Below, piece after piece: positions 30,073 to 32,000 of a stretch of 32,000 bases of DNA. The first letter of the stretch is position 1; the number at the start of each line of letters is the position of its first letter. Source of the stretch: Paenibacillus durus. GTDB taxonomy: Bacteria; Bacillota; Bacilli; Paenibacillales; Paenibacillaceae. The stretch spans positions 4,289,000-4,320,999 of the forward strand of contig NZ_CP009288.1 in NCBI RefSeq assembly GCF_000756615.1. Reading direction: 5' to 3'. The translations under genes and the position numbers were made by a program. The notes beneath the pieces were generated by a model. The model was not told the DNA's origin. It did not search any database and saw only the letters and a program-made list of their open reading frames with translations.

Positions 30073-30849
30073 TTATTGGAGCAGCGTGACACTTTCCGCT
30101 ATGTCCAGAAACTGATTTTGGCTTAATCCCGTATGTTCACCCATGAACATGAATAATTGGGAATGCTTTTGCCAGATGACAGTCCACTTGTCTCCTTTTC
30201 GGATAATAATCCCTTGCGACCCTTGAACTGTAGTTTGAATGACCTCATCGGCATCCTCAGTATCTACATTCGTGCCACTGCCTTCTCGTTTTTGTTGGAA
30301 CAAAATGTACCCTCCGTTGTCATGGGCATACTCGATCCCTTTCATATTCTCAAGGTTTGTCACATTGACAATGTGATAATCTTCCGGGATTCGTATCGGA
30401 ACATAGGCATGCTCCCAATTGATTTCCAGATGGTTCCCGGTTACCTCATCTGCATTTTGACGTCCCAATCGGATTTCCGTATATTCGTCTTGCAGTTGAA
30501 CAAACAGAGTAAACACTTTAACACGCACCGCCTCTACTGTCATGGAAGATACGGCCAACAATACAAGCAACAAGGAACAAACAAGCGCCGTTTTCTTTGA
30601 ACCTATAAAACATATTCTGACCATCTTTTTGATCTGAAGGAACGCAAGATGGCGATTCAATCGCTTCAGGAACTTGTTTCTCTCTGCTTCCGTCGGAAGA
30701 AAAAAGGGATTCCGATGCATTTCCTCATTCTCTTCCAGAAGTTTTTTCCCTTCTTGCTCCACGTAGCTGGCCAGAGCCAGCTTCAATTGGATCTCCTCGT
30801 ACTCTTCCATAAGTGAAGTCCGATCCATCGAATTATTCGATTTCGCCAT
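30073..30849 (-). CDS. anti-sigma-factor-like membrane protein with DUF4367-type extracellular domain
   Basis: 258 aa. It overlaps the sigma gene by 17 nt. It has a single TM segment (ALVCSLLLVLLAVSSMTV). The C-terminal pattern PEDYHIVNV..IEYAHDNGGYILFQQK..DTEDADEVIQTTVQGSQGIII..WTVIWQK..LFMFMGEHTGLSQNQFLDIAESV is typical of DUF4367 proteins encoded next to ECF sigma factors in Firmicutes. Confidence 0.65.
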   Translation of the reverse strand: MAKSNNSMDRTSLMEEYEEIQLKLALASYVEQEGKKLLEENEEMHRNPFFLPTEAERNKFLKRLNRHLAFLQIKKMVRICFIGSKKTALVCSLLLVLLAVSSMTVEAVRVKVFTLFVQLQDEYTEIRLGRQNADEVTGNHLEINWEHAYVPIRIPEDYHIVNVTNLENMKGIEYAHDNGGYILFQQKREGSGTNVDTEDADEVIQTTVQGSQGIIIRKGDKWTVIWQKHSQLFMFMGEHTGLSQNQFLDIAESVTLLQ

Positions 30850-31414
30850 CCTGCTCCCCCCTTTCTTTAGTTAATGCAGCCTGGGCACGAGGCCGGGCAC
30901 GGGTTAAATACCCCTGGATATTTCGAATTGGAATGTCCATGATGCTGGCGATTTCTTTATCCTTCAGTCCCATAAGATATTTGTAAACCAGCAGATGCCG
31001 ATCTCTTTCCGGTATGTACTCCAAGGCTCTGCCTAACGCCTCATAGCTCTCCCTTTTGATCGTTTGTTCTTCCGGCGAGGCTTGGGCATCCGCAACTTCT
31101 TCTACAGGATCGACCGTTCCATCCATCCTCAATTTTTGAGAACCGCGGGCTTGCTTACGAATATGATCCATACAAACACTTCTAATGGTATAAACGATAT
31201 ATGACGTTCTTTTACAACTGTCCAAAGATTGTAAAAGAGATATTTTGGGGACTAATTTTATAAAAGCATCCTGAAAAAGATCACCCGTGATTGCATAATC
31301 CCTAACCATGTCGTATGCTTTCTTTTTCATTAATGGATAGTACTGCTGGTATAAATCGGTCATGTAAGCCCGGTCACTGTCATCTTCAATCATGGATATA
31401 AACAAAGGGAGCAT
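30833..31414 (-). CDS. ECF-type sigma-70 family RNA polymerase sigma factor
   Basis: 193 aa from ATG 31412-31414, preceded by GGAGGTG. The region 2-like stretch is DLFQDAFIKLV. The region 4 HTH is LLVYKYLMGLKDKEIASIMDIPIRNIQGYLTRAR. Confidence 0.8.
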   Translation of the reverse strand: MLPLFISMIEDDSDRAYMTDLYQQYYPLMKKKAYDMVRDYAITGDLFQDAFIKLVPKISLLQSLDSCKRTSYIVYTIRSVCMDHIRKQARGSQKLRMDGTVDPVEEVADAQASPEEQTIKRESYEALGRALEYIPERDRHLLVYKYLMGLKDKEIASIMDIPIRNIQGYLTRARPRAQAALTKERGEQDGEIE

Positions 31415-32000
31415 ACGACACCTCCGTATTAGAGAGTAAGCCAAAACAGCAGGCATTCAAAAAGTAATCGGCAGATGTCTGTTATGACCCTCCCTTTGTG
31501 TAATCCCGCGGCCATTGAACTGCTGGCTTATATTTTCTACTATATCTCTCCTTTAGTTTCCAACAAGTTCAAAATATCACATTTTCTTATAAATGAGCGT
31601 GCTTAAGCAAGCTCGACTAATAAATATAGAGCATCAGCATGCTTTAAGCCGGGAGATAATCCTGGTTTAGACTGTTTTCATTCAGATGATTCGGATTCAA
31701 AGCTTTTCTGTTTTATGCATTCGGTGTGACTTCTTGTATATTAAACGACGCTAGCATAGCTTTTGTTGCTTATGCCGTAGTCTATGCTGCTGCCACCCTC
31801 TTCTTGCCGCTGCGATTTCCCGCACCAAGGTCATGCGCATTCACTCTATAGCTTACTTGGTTACATACGCTCCCCGGGGATCGCGATCAAATGAACATTG
31901 GGATGATGGCCTTCATTGTGAAACGCCGCATACTATCTCAGGTTGTTCGGGTGGAATTTCAATATGCAATATCTCATTTCGCTGGCTACGTAGCAGCGCC

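Noticed and set aside
31860-32000. Minus-strand peptide fragments (..ILKFHPNNLR*, ..YAAFHNEGHHPNVHLIAIPGERM*) that vaguely resemble the His-rich motif of relaxase/mobilisation nucleases.
   Set aside because: Each fragment is only ~20-25 residues between stops, the region sits at the window edge, and the motif match rests on memory. It is not supportable as a feature.
1-32000. A check for CRISPR arrays, tRNA, rRNA, tmRNA and integrase or recombinase genes.
   Set aside because: I saw no regularly spaced direct repeats, no cloverleaf-like or rRNA-like conserved stretches, and no tyrosine/serine recombinase motifs. This was a visual scan only, so dedicated tools (tRNAscan, Infernal, a CRISPR finder) should confirm it.

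Overview
Mosaic accessory region, probably from a Paenibacillus-like Firmicute. That host call is an inference from strong GGAGG Shine-Dalgarno sites, an RRNPP-type HTH-TPR regulator and an ECF sigma/DUF4367 pair. Almost all genes are on the minus strand.

(1) 12.2-22.9 kb is a tightly packed, GC-rich operon. In order: unknown protein, VgrG-like spike protein, pentapeptide-repeat protein, small unknown protein, DUF4280 (PAAR-like) protein, a 1915-aa fusion, then an AT-rich immunity gene. The fusion runs VgrG-like module, hydrophobic/Lys-rich linker, Rhs/YD-repeat cage, GHH-signature HNH/EndoVII-type toxin. The window contains no sheath, tube, baseplate or T7SS genes. This is the most unusual content.

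(2) 2.8-12.2 kb is a decaying orphan toxin/immunity array (rhs fragments, SMI1/KNR4, DUF1963-like and other immunity genes, 153-bp direct repeats). One orphan rhs cassette is split by a ~5.1-kb AT-rich insertion carrying a degraded type I R-M system: an hsdS fragment, a truncated hsdM fused to an hsdS 3' end, and an intact hsdR.

(3) 0.9-2.4 kb holds an HTH-TPR receptor whose 3' end overlaps a 39-codon secreted pro-peptide gene. That gene is absent from the ORF track. Together they form a quorum-sensing-type cassette.

(4) 23-32 kb holds several smaller items:
- a decayed plus-strand toxin-like pseudogene containing a (TTGTAG)x6 microsatellite
- a ~400-bp structured non-coding module bounded by inverted repeats
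- an IS3-family element whose transposase gene is interrupted, in frame, by an intact-looking group II intron
- an ECF sigma/anti-sigma operon with two secreted proteins, one broken in an A7 tract

I saw no rRNA, tRNA or CRISPR. All family assignments come from reading motifs by eye and need profile searches.
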